A stretch of 64,000 nt of DNA from Acidiferrobacterales bacterium (GTDB taxonomy: Bacteria > Pseudomonadota > Gammaproteobacteria > Acidiferrobacterales > JAJDNE01), in the NCBI GenBank assembly GCA_022340825.1, contig JAJDNE010000048.1:20-64019 (forward strand), written 5' to 3'. Under the pieces are notes generated by a model that saw only the letters and a list, made by a program, of their open reading frames with translations, was not told where the DNA came from and did no database searches. The position numbers and the translations under genes are program-made. Position 1 is the first letter of the stretch. Each line of letters starts with the position of its first letter. Below are positions 9,475-18,890 of this stretch, in pieces.

Positions 9475-10236
9475 ATGCTTGAGAGAGCCCTTAAAAACCT
9501 GAAACGCAATCTTGTGCCAGTGATCGCGTTTTTACTGGTCTTGCCGCTATTAATAAGTCTTGGGTTCTGGCAGCTGGATCGCGCCCAGCAAAAGCGGGAG
9601 TTACAGGCAATGTACGACACGCGTATGAGCGACACGCCGGTTTCGGTTGGCGAAAGGGTGCAGGCGCCGGAAGAATTGCAGTTTTATCGTGTTGCAGTAA
9701 AAGGTTACTACGATTCTGCCTATACAATATTCCTGGATAATCGTGTGCACGAAGGGCAGGTCGGCTATTTTGTGGTAACGCCGTTGCGTATTGCTGGCAG
9801 CCAAACCCGGGTACTGGTTAATCGCGGCTGGGTACCACTAGGCACTGATCGATCAACAATACCCGAAGCGCCAACACCGAAGGAGCTGCAGTACGTAGTC
9901 GGTGTCGCCACTGTACCGCATGCGAAAGTGTTTCGACTGGCACCACCACCCGCGCTGACGAAAAAATGGCAGCCGGTCTGGCAGCACATGAACATGAAGC
10001 GGTTCGCCGAGGCGGTCTCGTTTCCGGTTCAACCTGTTGTTATATTGCTAGACCCGGAAAGTGAAGCAGGTGGATTTGTTCGCCAGTGGAAGCGGCTGGA
10101 TACCGGTATCGCGGTGCACCAGGGCTACGCCTTTCAGTGGTTTTCGCTGGCGGTAGCACTCTGTGCGATATTTATTTTTTTTGTATTCGGTCGAAACCGC
10201 GAGCGCGGCGCGTCCGGAAAAAATATGACGAGCTAA
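9475..10236 (+). CDS. SURF1 family cytochrome oxidase biogenesis protein
   Basis: N-terminal TM followed by LGFWQLDRAQQKRELQ, plus VNRGWVP and a C-terminal TM. This is the SURF1/Shy1 architecture. Confidence 0.85.
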   Translation: MLERALKNLKRNLVPVIAFLLVLPLLISLGFWQLDRAQQKRELQAMYDTRMSDTPVSVGERVQAPEELQFYRVAVKGYYDSAYTIFLDNRVHEGQVGYFVVTPLRIAGSQTRVLVNRGWVPLGTDRSTIPEAPTPKELQYVVGVATVPHAKVFRLAPPPALTKKWQPVWQHMNMKRFAEAVSFPVQPVVILLDPESEAGGFVRQWKRLDTGIAVHQGYAFQWFSLAVALCAIFIFFVFGRNRERGASGKNMTS

Positions 10237-10240
10237 TACT

Positions 10241-10858
10241 ATGAGTGAGCAGGAACCAAAAAAGGCGGCGACGCATTTTCGAACCAAGATTATCTTGTTG
10301 GCGATCATATTTCTGTTGCCAATCAGCTACGCGGTGTATCTGAAAACCACAGACTGGCATCCGACCAAAACGACTAACTATGGCGAACTGGTGACCCCGG
10401 CGTTGCCATTGAAAGACGTTCAGATGAAGGCGCTGGATGGAAAACAGATTGGTCTTGAGGATTTTGCGCATCACTGGTTGATGGTCACGTTTGCAGGGGC
10501 TACCTGCGATAGCGTCTGCGAAAAAAATATCTACAAAATGCGCCAGGTCCATATTGCCCAGGGCAAATACCAGATGCGGGTGAAGCGGTTGCTGGTGCTG
10601 CCTGGCGGGGCGGAGTCAAAAAACAATGCGATGTTCGAACAGTATCCGGGAATGGCTGTGGTGGCCGGTCCGCCTGATGCGATCAAGACATTTGGTGCCC
10701 AGTTTAAAACCGATTCCGGCACGGCGCTGGATGGTCTAAACCAGATCTATCTGGTCGACCCGCTCGGCAATTTCATGATGGTTTATGGCGCAGATGCAGA
10801 CGCGGGCGGTATCCGTAAAGACCTTGGTCGACTGTTACGCGTCTCGCGAATTGGCTAG
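10241..10858 (+). CDS. membrane-anchored thioredoxin-fold / SCO-like protein with CxxxC motif
   Basis: An N-terminal TM helix is followed by LMVTFAGATCDSVCE, which resembles the SCO motif F-G-x-T-x-C-x-x-x-C. It is in cox biogenesis context. Family assignment is tentative. Confidence 0.45.
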   Translation: MSEQEPKKAATHFRTKIILLAIIFLLPISYAVYLKTTDWHPTKTTNYGELVTPALPLKDVQMKALDGKQIGLEDFAHHWLMVTFAGATCDSVCEKNIYKMRQVHIAQGKYQMRVKRLLVLPGGAESKNNAMFEQYPGMAVVAGPPDAIKTFGAQFKTDSGTALDGLNQIYLVDPLGNFMMVYGADADAGGIRKDLGRLLRVSRIG

Positions 10859-10900
10859 GGAACTCCGGTATACTCCGGCAACTGTTCAGGATCGAAACAC

Positions 10901-11845
10901 ATGAAGACACAAGATGAAATGCTAAAAGCCGCCAGTAATACGCGCGGCTTTATGGCCATGGCCCGGGAGTATTATGAGCTGGGAAAACCGCGGGTGGTAT
11001 TCCTGATTGTGTTCACCGCAGTCGTCGGCATGTTCATGGCGACGCCGGGCTTCGTACCGTTAGACGCCCTGATATTTGGCACCATTGGTATTGGCCTTGC
11101 CGCCGCATCTGCAGCGGGGTTTAACCAGATTCTGGATCAGCGCGCTGACGCTGACATGGCGCGTACGCGTGCACGTCCTTTGCCCACCGGGCAACTCACC
11201 ACAAGGCAGGCAGTTATTTACTCGAGCATTATCGGTGTGCTTGCCATGATTGTGCTGGCGGTTGCCGTGAACAGGTTGACAGCTGTGTTGACCTTTTTGT
11301 CGCTGATTGGCTATTCGGTGATTTATACTGTCTATCTCAAGCGCGCAACGCCCCAGAATATTGTTATCGGTGGCGCCGCTGGTGCCGCACCGCCGGTACT
11401 GGGTTGGGCAGCTGTTACCGGTACGGTCGATCCGCATGCACTGCTTTTATTCCTGATTATTTTTGTCTGGACCCCGCCGCATTTCTGGGCGCTGGCTTTG
11501 TACCGTCATGAGGAATATGCCAAGGTCGGATTGCCCATGTTGCCGGTGACTCACGGCAACAAATTTACCCGCCTGCATATCCTTCTTTACACGATCATGT
11601 TGGCAGCAGTAACGATGTTGCCGTTTGCCACGCACATGAGCGGCTGGATATACCTTTCCGGGGCAGTGCTGCTGAATATCGGTTTTCTTTATTACGCGTG
11701 GAAACTTTACCGCAATTACAGTGAGCCACTGGCAAAACGTACATTTGTCTATTCAATCCAGTATCTGTCTGTACTCTTTGGCCTGCTGCTGATTGACCAC
11801 TACCGGGTAACCATTGCCGAATCCTTGCAGTCCGCTCTGCTCTAG
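10901..11845 (+). CDS. cyoE: protoheme IX farnesyltransferase (heme O synthase)
   Basis: UbiA-family polytopic protein with YYELGKPRVVFLIVFT and the Asp-rich motif NQILDQRADADMARTRARPLP. Confidence 0.9.
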   Translation: MKTQDEMLKAASNTRGFMAMAREYYELGKPRVVFLIVFTAVVGMFMATPGFVPLDALIFGTIGIGLAAASAAGFNQILDQRADADMARTRARPLPTGQLTTRQAVIYSSIIGVLAMIVLAVAVNRLTAVLTFLSLIGYSVIYTVYLKRATPQNIVIGGAAGAAPPVLGWAAVTGTVDPHALLLFLIIFVWTPPHFWALALYRHEEYAKVGLPMLPVTHGNKFTRLHILLYTIMLAAVTMLPFATHMSGWIYLSGAVLLNIGFLYYAWKLYRNYSEPLAKRTFVYSIQYLSVLFGLLLIDHYRVTIAESLQSALL

Positions 11846-11846
11846 A

Positions 11847-13760
11847 TCAGATGTGCTTGTTCTGCTCGTAGACCTCGAGTATTCGCGGCATCGCATCGTC
11901 CAATGCTTCAATTATCACCGGGTCGAAGTGCTTTCCCGATTCTGCGCTCATCACCGCTAACGTTTTCTCGATCGGCCAGGCCTCCTTGTAGGGTCGCTTT
12001 GATGTCAGGGCGTCGAACACATCAGCGACTGCGACGATACGCGCCGACAAGGGAATTTCGTCACCGCCGCGCCCGTGTGGGTAGCCCGCGCCGTCAAATC
12101 GCTCATGGTGGCCTTCGGCGATTTCAATACCTACCTGAAAGATGCTGTACCCCACTGCATTGACCTGGTCTTCGCAACGACGCAGGACCTGTGCACCGAT
12201 TATCGGATGCTCTTCCATGCGACGGCGCTCGGTCTCATCCAGTGCTCCGGGCTTCAACAGAATATGATCCTCGATGCCGACCTTGCCAATATCGTGCATC
12301 GGGGCAAAGCGGAATACATCGCGTATGTAGGCCGGCGATATCAGGTCTACATAAGGACCTTTGCGGCCGAGTTGTTGAGCCAGTATTGCTGAATACATAC
12401 TCATGCGATAAAGGTGATCTCCGGTCTCCGGGTCGCGACTTTCCGCGAGTTTTGCCAGTCCTTCAACAGCGGAGATGACCAATCCCTCCATGCCATAGGT
12501 CTTGTCGAAACTGCGACCCAGTTGGCCACCAATATTTTTCAGTAGCTCAAGGTGTTCGTCCTGGTAAACGTTCTTTTCGCATGTTGCGAACAGAAGCACC
12601 GCGTCCTGGATGCCGCTGGAGGCGAGCGGTAATACGATAATTGAGCCAATCCCTGCGCGGGCGAGACGATGGCGCAATTGCCGTGAATCAGTCTGATCAG
12701 CCCGGGCCAAATGGGCCACCCTGGGTTCTCGCGTCTCGAACACGCCTTGTAGTAGCGGATCCGCTGCCTCGAATCTGTCACCTTCGGGCGGCGAGTCCGC
12801 TAGCGATGTATAAACCCGTTCGAGCAGGAAATGATCTTTTTCCGGCGACATACGCAACAGGCCGGTCCAGTCGATTGGCAGGAAGCCACGAAACTCTTCG
12901 TAGACAAATCGGAGCGTTTCATCAAGATTAGTGCCCTGGTTGATGCGGTCGGTGAGGTGAAACAATGCCGCCAGTCGCTGGGTCAGGCGATTGAACATAC
13001 CGGTCATATAGCCAACTTCGTTGTCCGCACTTACAGGTATTTGATAGGCAAGATCTCCCTGAGACACGCGCTTGAATCCCTTCACCGTCCTGTCCAGGGG
13101 TCGAAATGCCTTGTAGTGGAGCAATAATCCCAACGTGCCCGCAATCAACACCGATAGCAAAATGGCGAACTGATTCAGCATCCTGATTGACGACAACTTG
13201 CCTTCCATCATTGCCTGGAACGAATTGGCCAGGTCGGTCGATGCTTTCATCAGCTTGTCTTTCTGCCTAGAAATATAACCGGCACCGGTTTCCAGTCGTG
13301 GTTCCAGACGATTTGGCCCAAGCGCCTGCTCCAGACCATGGCGAAAATCTTCCCAGACGATAGCGGTAAGATCGAGTTGATTCAGTGATTGTCTGTCCCA
13401 GGTACAAACCAGTGGTGCATCCCGGCCGGTAAGCTTGGGCGAAAGCTTGCGCTGCTTGAAGGAGGCGATTATTTCCTGATAGTCGGCAACCAGGCTATCA
13501 AGGTTGCTGCGGTATAGGCTGTGATCGCGGTAATTGGCTCGGTTGCTGCGTGGTGCCTGGCCGATATAGGCCTGGCTCTGGTTGACCATTACCTGGCTAA
13601 TAACACGAAGCTGGCCCGCAAGATTCAGAATGACATAGTCGTGCTTGCGCAGATCAAGCTGGTAGATGGTCGTACCGATTACGCCGGCTAGCAACAGGAA
13701 CTGGATACCAAGGGCCAAAGCCACCTGAAACTTCAGTGTGCGGAATACTGACGGAATCAT
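11847..13760 (-). CDS. HD-GYP domain cyclic-di-GMP phosphodiesterase with PilJ/NarX-type sensor, HAMP and GAF-like regions
   Basis: Domain order is TM, NLAGQLRVISQVM (P-box-like 4-helix-bundle sensor motif), TM, HAMP-like segment, then a central GAF-like region. The C-terminal HD-GYP signatures are MHDIGKVG and HHERFDGAGYPHG. Confidence 0.85.
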   Translation of the reverse strand: MIPSVFRTLKFQVALALGIQFLLLAGVIGTTIYQLDLRKHDYVILNLAGQLRVISQVMVNQSQAYIGQAPRSNRANYRDHSLYRSNLDSLVADYQEIIASFKQRKLSPKLTGRDAPLVCTWDRQSLNQLDLTAIVWEDFRHGLEQALGPNRLEPRLETGAGYISRQKDKLMKASTDLANSFQAMMEGKLSSIRMLNQFAILLSVLIAGTLGLLLHYKAFRPLDRTVKGFKRVSQGDLAYQIPVSADNEVGYMTGMFNRLTQRLAALFHLTDRINQGTNLDETLRFVYEEFRGFLPIDWTGLLRMSPEKDHFLLERVYTSLADSPPEGDRFEAADPLLQGVFETREPRVAHLARADQTDSRQLRHRLARAGIGSIIVLPLASSGIQDAVLLFATCEKNVYQDEHLELLKNIGGQLGRSFDKTYGMEGLVISAVEGLAKLAESRDPETGDHLYRMSMYSAILAQQLGRKGPYVDLISPAYIRDVFRFAPMHDIGKVGIEDHILLKPGALDETERRRMEEHPIIGAQVLRRCEDQVNAVGYSIFQVGIEIAEGHHERFDGAGYPHGRGGDEIPLSARIVAVADVFDALTSKRPYKEAWPIEKTLAVMSAESGKHFDPVIIEALDDAMPRILEVYEQNKHI

Positions 13761-13891
13761 GTCTCCCCTTTGTGTCGGAAATCCCTGTCGTCGTAGGCAT
13801 CCAAGCCGGTTATTAAAAGTTTAGACTAAAATCCGTAGGAAAGTTTCCGGTCCGACCCGACTTGCCAGCATGACGGCAACCCCGTTAAATT

Positions 13892-15700
13892 GTGACAAGA
13901 CAATACAGGGAGAGTGCAGTGGTTAAGAAAAAGAATCGCACCAGCAGCGACGACGATTGCCCCCAATCGCCTAAGGACGTCGACATAAATCAGTACTCCG
14001 GTATGGCCATGGCCGATTGGTTCTCACCCGCACTGCTGATACGTACTGCACTGCGTCAGCTCGCCTCAACACTGTTTGCAACCTACTCGGACAAGCGCAC
14101 GCTACTTGCCGCCGTCAATGATGCCAAGCCGTTTATCGATGAATGGAGTAAGCGCGACAGCATTACTATCGATTATGTCGCGGACCTGGGCGATGGTTGG
14201 GATTCGACCTATTCAGTGGCATGGAGCCTGGCACAGCCCGAGCTGGAAGTAGAGAACGATGTGGCACCCCTCACTCGCGGCGAGATTCTGGTGATGGGCG
14301 GCGACCAGGTATACCCCTACGCGTCGAGCGATGAGTACAAAAATCGCCTGGCGCGGCCTTACCAGGCAGCGCTCCCTTGTTCTGACGAGGCGTCGGCACC
14401 CACCGTGTTTGCCATCCCCGGCAATCACGACTGGTATGACGGGCTGGCAGGGTTCATGAGGTATTTCGGGCAGCAGAGATGGTTCGGCGGCTGGCGTACC
14501 AGGCAAACGCGAAGTTACTGGGCCGTGCAATTGCCTCATCGTTGGTGGCTTTGGGGCATTGATTCGCAACTGGATGCCTACATTGATCATGCACAAATTC
14601 GCCATTTTCGTGAGTCCGCAGAACAGCACATGCAACCCGGTGATCGCGTAATTCTTTGTGTTGCCGAACCAAGCTGGATCTTTGCCAATAATGGCGACGC
14701 GACCCTGCACCGCAACCTGGCGTTTATCGAGGAAAAGATCATCAATGAGCACGGTGGCCACCTGGCGCTGACCGTATCCGGTGACCTGCATCATTACGCG
14801 CATTACACCGAGCGTTCGTCTGACCAGGACAGAGTAAGGCACAAGGTTACTTGCGGCGGGGGCGGTGCATTCAGCCATGGTACGCACCATCTTCCCGATG
14901 AGTTGAGTCTTGGTGACGGGCAGGAGGTCTACGAGTCCAGCGGGGAATACCTGCCCAGCCAGGACGATTCAAGAGCAATGCTCTGGCGCAACCTGATGAT
15001 GCCATTCACGCACCCGCTATTTGCGGCGGTACTTGGCGGGTTTTATCTGGTGTACGCGTGGGTACTCAACCGAACCCTGTTGTTGCCGGAACTATCCGCG
15101 ATTCCGTTTGTAATTGAGAATGTAGACAAAATTCCGTCGGTCTTTATCAAATCAACATTAACCAGCCTGCTCGCCGTTGCATTTCTGTTGCTGCTGGTGG
15201 TGAGTGGCGCCATGTTCGCGCAGCCAGACTGGAAGAGCTGTCCCGGTCGCAAACCGGTTCGCAAATGGATAGGTGGTGTTGTCCACAGCGCACTGCATCT
15301 GGTCGTCTTGCTCGGTTCCCTCTGGTATATCTCCACCGAGAGCTGGATCACTATTCCGCCAGATCCTCCCGAGTGGGGATCGGCGATCTACTTCAGCCTG
15401 GCAGTAACCTTGTCTGGTGCCTTGATCGGCGGCGTGGTATTTGGACTCTATCTAATACTAAGCAACCTGCTATTCGGGTTTCATCGAACCGAGGCATTTT
15501 CCGCAGTGGCGGACAAAGACCACAAATCGTTTTTACGAATCCAGGTGGGCGCCGATGGCGTCTTGGTGAACGCGATTGGATTAAAAAAATCCGGCAGGAG
15601 GTGGCAATGGAACGCAAGTGCCTCAGGTGGGGATAGCTGGGTCAGTCTCAGAGATGGCGAGCTGCACCATCACCTCATCGAGAAGTGGCACATTCAATAA
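13892..15700 (+). CDS. calcineurin-like metallophosphoesterase fused to a C-terminal multi-TM region
   Basis: MPE motifs are DLGDGWDS, GGDQVYPY, IPGNHDWYDG and SGDLHHYAHY. Residues about 370-530 are hydrophobic helices. The start is uncertain (GTG at 13892 or internal Met codons). Confidence 0.75.
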   Translation: MTRQYRESAVVKKKNRTSSDDDCPQSPKDVDINQYSGMAMADWFSPALLIRTALRQLASTLFATYSDKRTLLAAVNDAKPFIDEWSKRDSITIDYVADLGDGWDSTYSVAWSLAQPELEVENDVAPLTRGEILVMGGDQVYPYASSDEYKNRLARPYQAALPCSDEASAPTVFAIPGNHDWYDGLAGFMRYFGQQRWFGGWRTRQTRSYWAVQLPHRWWLWGIDSQLDAYIDHAQIRHFRESAEQHMQPGDRVILCVAEPSWIFANNGDATLHRNLAFIEEKIINEHGGHLALTVSGDLHHYAHYTERSSDQDRVRHKVTCGGGGAFSHGTHHLPDELSLGDGQEVYESSGEYLPSQDDSRAMLWRNLMMPFTHPLFAAVLGGFYLVYAWVLNRTLLLPELSAIPFVIENVDKIPSVFIKSTLTSLLAVAFLLLLVVSGAMFAQPDWKSCPGRKPVRKWIGGVVHSALHLVVLLGSLWYISTESWITIPPDPPEWGSAIYFSLAVTLSGALIGGVVFGLYLILSNLLFGFHRTEAFSAVADKDHKSFLRIQVGADGVLVNAIGLKKSGRRWQWNASASGGDSWVSLRDGELHHHLIEKWHIQ

Positions 15701-15712
15701 CGTGTAGATTCC

Positions 15713-16279
15713 ATGGCGACTCTGCATACTTACATCACCTTGCTTCGCGGCATCAATGTCAGTGGCCAGAAAAAGATAAAAATGACTGATTTGAAGGCGT
15801 TGTATGAAGCTGTCGGACACCGGGATGTGCAGACCTATATTCAGAGCGGCAATGTGGTTTCTCGGAGCGAGACAGCCAGTCCGGAAAAACTTACACGTGC
15901 TATTGAGAAAGCGATCGAAAAGAGATTTGGCTATCCGGTAACGGTACTGGTGCGTACGACTGCCGACCTGTCGAAAATAGTTAAACGCAATCCATTCCTG
16001 AAGGATCAGTCAGTTGATCCATCAAGGCTACATGTGACTTTTCTCGCGGATAAAGTGGAAAGCTCACTCAGCAAGGCGGCAGCCGATATAGACAGTGCCG
16101 ATGATGAATTCCGGGTTATTGGCACAGAAGTATTTGTTCATTGCCCGAACGGATATGGCCGCACGCGGCTGTCTAATACGTTCTTCGAGTCAAAACTGAA
16201 GCAGGCAGCAACGACACGCAACTGGAAGACAGTGAATACGTTGTACGAAATGGGGAAAAATCTTGAGTCGATGAAATGA
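15713..16279 (+). CDS. DUF1697 domain-containing protein
   Basis: The N-terminus ITLLRGINVSGQKKIKMTDLKAL is typical of DUF1697. It lies 12 nt downstream of the metallophosphoesterase gene. Confidence 0.7.
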   Translation: MATLHTYITLLRGINVSGQKKIKMTDLKALYEAVGHRDVQTYIQSGNVVSRSETASPEKLTRAIEKAIEKRFGYPVTVLVRTTADLSKIVKRNPFLKDQSVDPSRLHVTFLADKVESSLSKAAADIDSADDEFRVIGTEVFVHCPNGYGRTRLSNTFFESKLKQAATTRNWKTVNTLYEMGKNLESMK

Positions 16280-16302
16280 GAAGTTATCGAGTCAATACCG
16301 GT

Positions 16303-17724
16303 TCAGTCGCGTTCTATCTGAACTGAGGCGACAACCGGTTCACTTGCGGGAATTTCCGGATTTTTCCCTTCCTCCCCATCATCAACCCAGCGATTAATAA
16401 TTGTGGTAGCAACGATATCGCCGCAGACGTTGATCGCAGTGCGGGACATATCGAGTATGCGATCGACGCCGATAATAAGGGCGATGCCCACCGGCGGTAT
16501 GCCTACCGAGGTCAGCACCAGTGACAGTATCACGATGCCGACTCCGGGCGCCGATGGCGCCCCGATGGAAGCACCAACCGTCGTTACGACGATCAGTAAC
16601 ATGCCACCAAGTCCAATATCGATACCAAATACCTGTGCCAGGAACATGGCCGCCACGCCTTGATACAGGGCGGTGCCATCCATATTGATGGTTGCGCCAA
16701 GCGGCACAATAAATTGTGACATGGATGGGCGAACGCCGAATCTGTCTTCTGCCGTACGAATGGAAAGGGGGATGACGGCCGCAGAACTTGACGTGGAGAA
16801 CGCCAGCAGCAGTAATTCACGCACCGATTTTAAAAATCTCAATGGACGGACACCGGCAAAGACCAGTACCAGGAGCAGGTAAAAACACAGCAGAATAGCC
16901 AAACCGAGAATGACAGTGCCAACGTAAATGGCCATTCCGGTGAGAGACGACAGCCCGATCTTTGCTGTTAGCTGGGTCATCAGTCCGAATACGGCGAACG
17001 GTACCAGTCGCATTGCCCAGCCAACGATCGTCATACTGACTTGCTGCAGTGACGCCATCAAATCGATCAGTGGTTTCGCTTGTGCAACCGGCATCATCAC
17101 CAGCGCTACACCCATAATGATGGCGAACAAGACGATTTGCAGCATCTGTCCCTCGACCATCGAATTCAGCGGGTTTGACGGCAACAAGGAAAGTACGTGC
17201 TTCGGGACATCGTTGATGTCCGGCGTTGGTGGCGTTGTGGAATTAGCTACCGCCGCCTGGGTACTGGTGCCAAGCGTTTGCTGGACAAGCGTTTGGTCGA
17301 TGAACTGGCCCGGTTGAATAAGGTTGGCAACCGTCAGCCCGATAGCGATGGCTACAGTGGTGGTCACTAAAAAATAGAACGCGATCCGTACGCCTGCTCT
17401 TCGCAATTGTTGTGGGCTTTCTGCAGCGCCAAGGCCGCGAACGATCGATGCGATGACTAGCGGTATGACAACCATCTGGATCAGCACCAGAAACAATTGC
17501 CCGGGTAGCGCCAACCAGTCCGTAATAATCGTGGCGTTTTTTGGCGAAACCATATCGACTGTTGGGCCAAGCAGGATGCCGACGGTTATGCCAAGCAGCA
17601 TACCGACCAGCACCCTGAACCAGAGGTGGCTTTGTACCAGGCCGAGAAGATAATGGCTCAGATAGCGAAGCGGCCGCTCACCTGGCGAACTCGTTCCGGA
17701 AACGATGCTAGAGAACTTGAACAT
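16303..17724 (-). CDS. dicarboxylate/amino acid:cation symporter (DAACS family)
   Basis: A 473 aa polytopic protein with the signature PLGATINMDGTALYQGVAAMFLAQ. Confidence 0.85.
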   Translation of the reverse strand: MFKFSSIVSGTSSPGERPLRYLSHYLLGLVQSHLWFRVLVGMLLGITVGILLGPTVDMVSPKNATIITDWLALPGQLFLVLIQMVVIPLVIASIVRGLGAAESPQQLRRAGVRIAFYFLVTTTVAIAIGLTVANLIQPGQFIDQTLVQQTLGTSTQAAVANSTTPPTPDINDVPKHVLSLLPSNPLNSMVEGQMLQIVLFAIIMGVALVMMPVAQAKPLIDLMASLQQVSMTIVGWAMRLVPFAVFGLMTQLTAKIGLSSLTGMAIYVGTVILGLAILLCFYLLLVLVFAGVRPLRFLKSVRELLLLAFSTSSSAAVIPLSIRTAEDRFGVRPSMSQFIVPLGATINMDGTALYQGVAAMFLAQVFGIDIGLGGMLLIVVTTVGASIGAPSAPGVGIVILSLVLTSVGIPPVGIALIIGVDRILDMSRTAINVCGDIVATTIINRWVDDGEEGKNPEIPASEPVVASVQIERD

Positions 17725-17812
17725 GGTTAGAAGAGTGATTTCGAAATAAAAAGTTTAGATGATTCGGTGTGATGCAGCCTTGATCAGGCTCAATGATTAC
17801 GTGCAGCAATTG

Positions 17813-17840
17813 AAAAGGCCCCTCGAAAGGGGCCTTTTTG
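17813..17840 (-). terminator. rho-independent terminator downstream of rpoH
   Basis: GGCCCCT-CGAA-AGGGGCC with T/A runs on both sides, 26 nt past the rpoH stop. Confidence 0.8.
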
Positions 17841-17865
17841 CGTGCTTAAATGCTTTATCTGTTGA

Positions 17866-18723
17866 TCAGGCAGCCAGCACGTTTTTCATTGTACCAAGTG
17901 CCTTCTTCTCGATCTGACGAATACGCTCGGCCGATACGCCATACTCTTCCGCGAGGTCGTGCAGGGTTGGCTTGTTGTCTTCGTCCAGCCAGCGGCGCAT
18001 GACGATGTCGCGGCTGCGTTCGTCCAGCGAGGCCAGTGCATCCTGAAGCTGCTGCTCACGGCTGCTCTCCTGGTCCGCGACCGATGCCAGCGTCTCCGGG
18101 TTGTAACGCATGTCCTGCAGGTATCCTGCCGGAGCGATATAGGCCGTGTCGTCATCGCTGTCGTTATCCATATCGAATGCGATGTCAGTACCCGTCATAC
18201 GCATTTCCATTTCGTCGACTGTTTCGCGCTTCACGCTCAGGTCTTCCGCCAGCTTGTCGCCTTCTTCCTGGGTGAGCCAGCCAAGGCGTGAACGTGCCTT
18301 ACGCAAATTGAAAAAGAGTTTGCGTTGGGCCTTGGTCGTAGCGACCTTGACGATGCGCCAGTTGCGCAGGATGTAATCGTAGATCTCCGCGCGAATCCAG
18401 TGCACGGCGAACGAAACCAGACGCACATTGCGGCTGGGGTCAAAGGATTTAACTGCCTTCATCAGGCCAATGTTGCCTTCCTGGATCAGGTCGGCTTCGG
18501 GCAGGCCATAGCCTTTAAGGCCGCGGGCCACACGTACCACGTAGCGCAGGTGTGACATAACAAGCTGACGGGCCGCGTCGAGGTCACCCTGCTCGCGGTA
18601 ACGCGTCGCCAGATCGCGCTCTTCTTCAACGCTGAGCATCGGCAGGCTGTTGACCATCTGGATGTAGTTGGCCAGACCGCCTTCGGACTGCACGCTGATG
18701 GCAATAGGGAATTTTGTGCTCAT
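17866..18723 (-). CDS. rpoH: RNA polymerase sigma-32 (heat shock sigma factor)
   Basis: RpoH box QRKLFFNLRKARSRLGWL. Sigma-70 regions 2 and 4 are present, and the gene sits next to ftsYEX. Confidence 0.95.
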   Translation of the reverse strand: MSTKFPIAISVQSEGGLANYIQMVNSLPMLSVEEERDLATRYREQGDLDAARQLVMSHLRYVVRVARGLKGYGLPEADLIQEGNIGLMKAVKSFDPSRNVRLVSFAVHWIRAEIYDYILRNWRIVKVATTKAQRKLFFNLRKARSRLGWLTQEEGDKLAEDLSVKRETVDEMEMRMTGTDIAFDMDNDSDDDTAYIAPAGYLQDMRYNPETLASVADQESSREQQLQDALASLDERSRDIVMRRWLDEDNKPTLHDLAEEYGVSAERIRQIEKKALGTMKNVLAA

Positions 18724-18775
18724 GGTTAAACTCCTCCCGCTATATTAGCGACAACTTATATTAGCACTCGTCCTA

Positions 18776-18803
18776 TATGAGTGCCAAATTTAATATAAGT
18801 TCC
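18776..18803 (-). promoter_or_regulatory. candidate sigmaE/AlgU-type promoter for rpoH
   Basis: The minus strand reads GGAACTT-N16-TCATA, close to the GAACTT-N16-TCTGA class known upstream of rpoH in enterics and pseudomonads. Confidence 0.4.
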
Positions 18804-18890
18804 AATTAATATCCCGCCGGTCACTTAACGAAACTATACCGGAAAAATGCTGAAAAACGTTGATTTCGGGCAATCTTTACGTTTTTTTAC

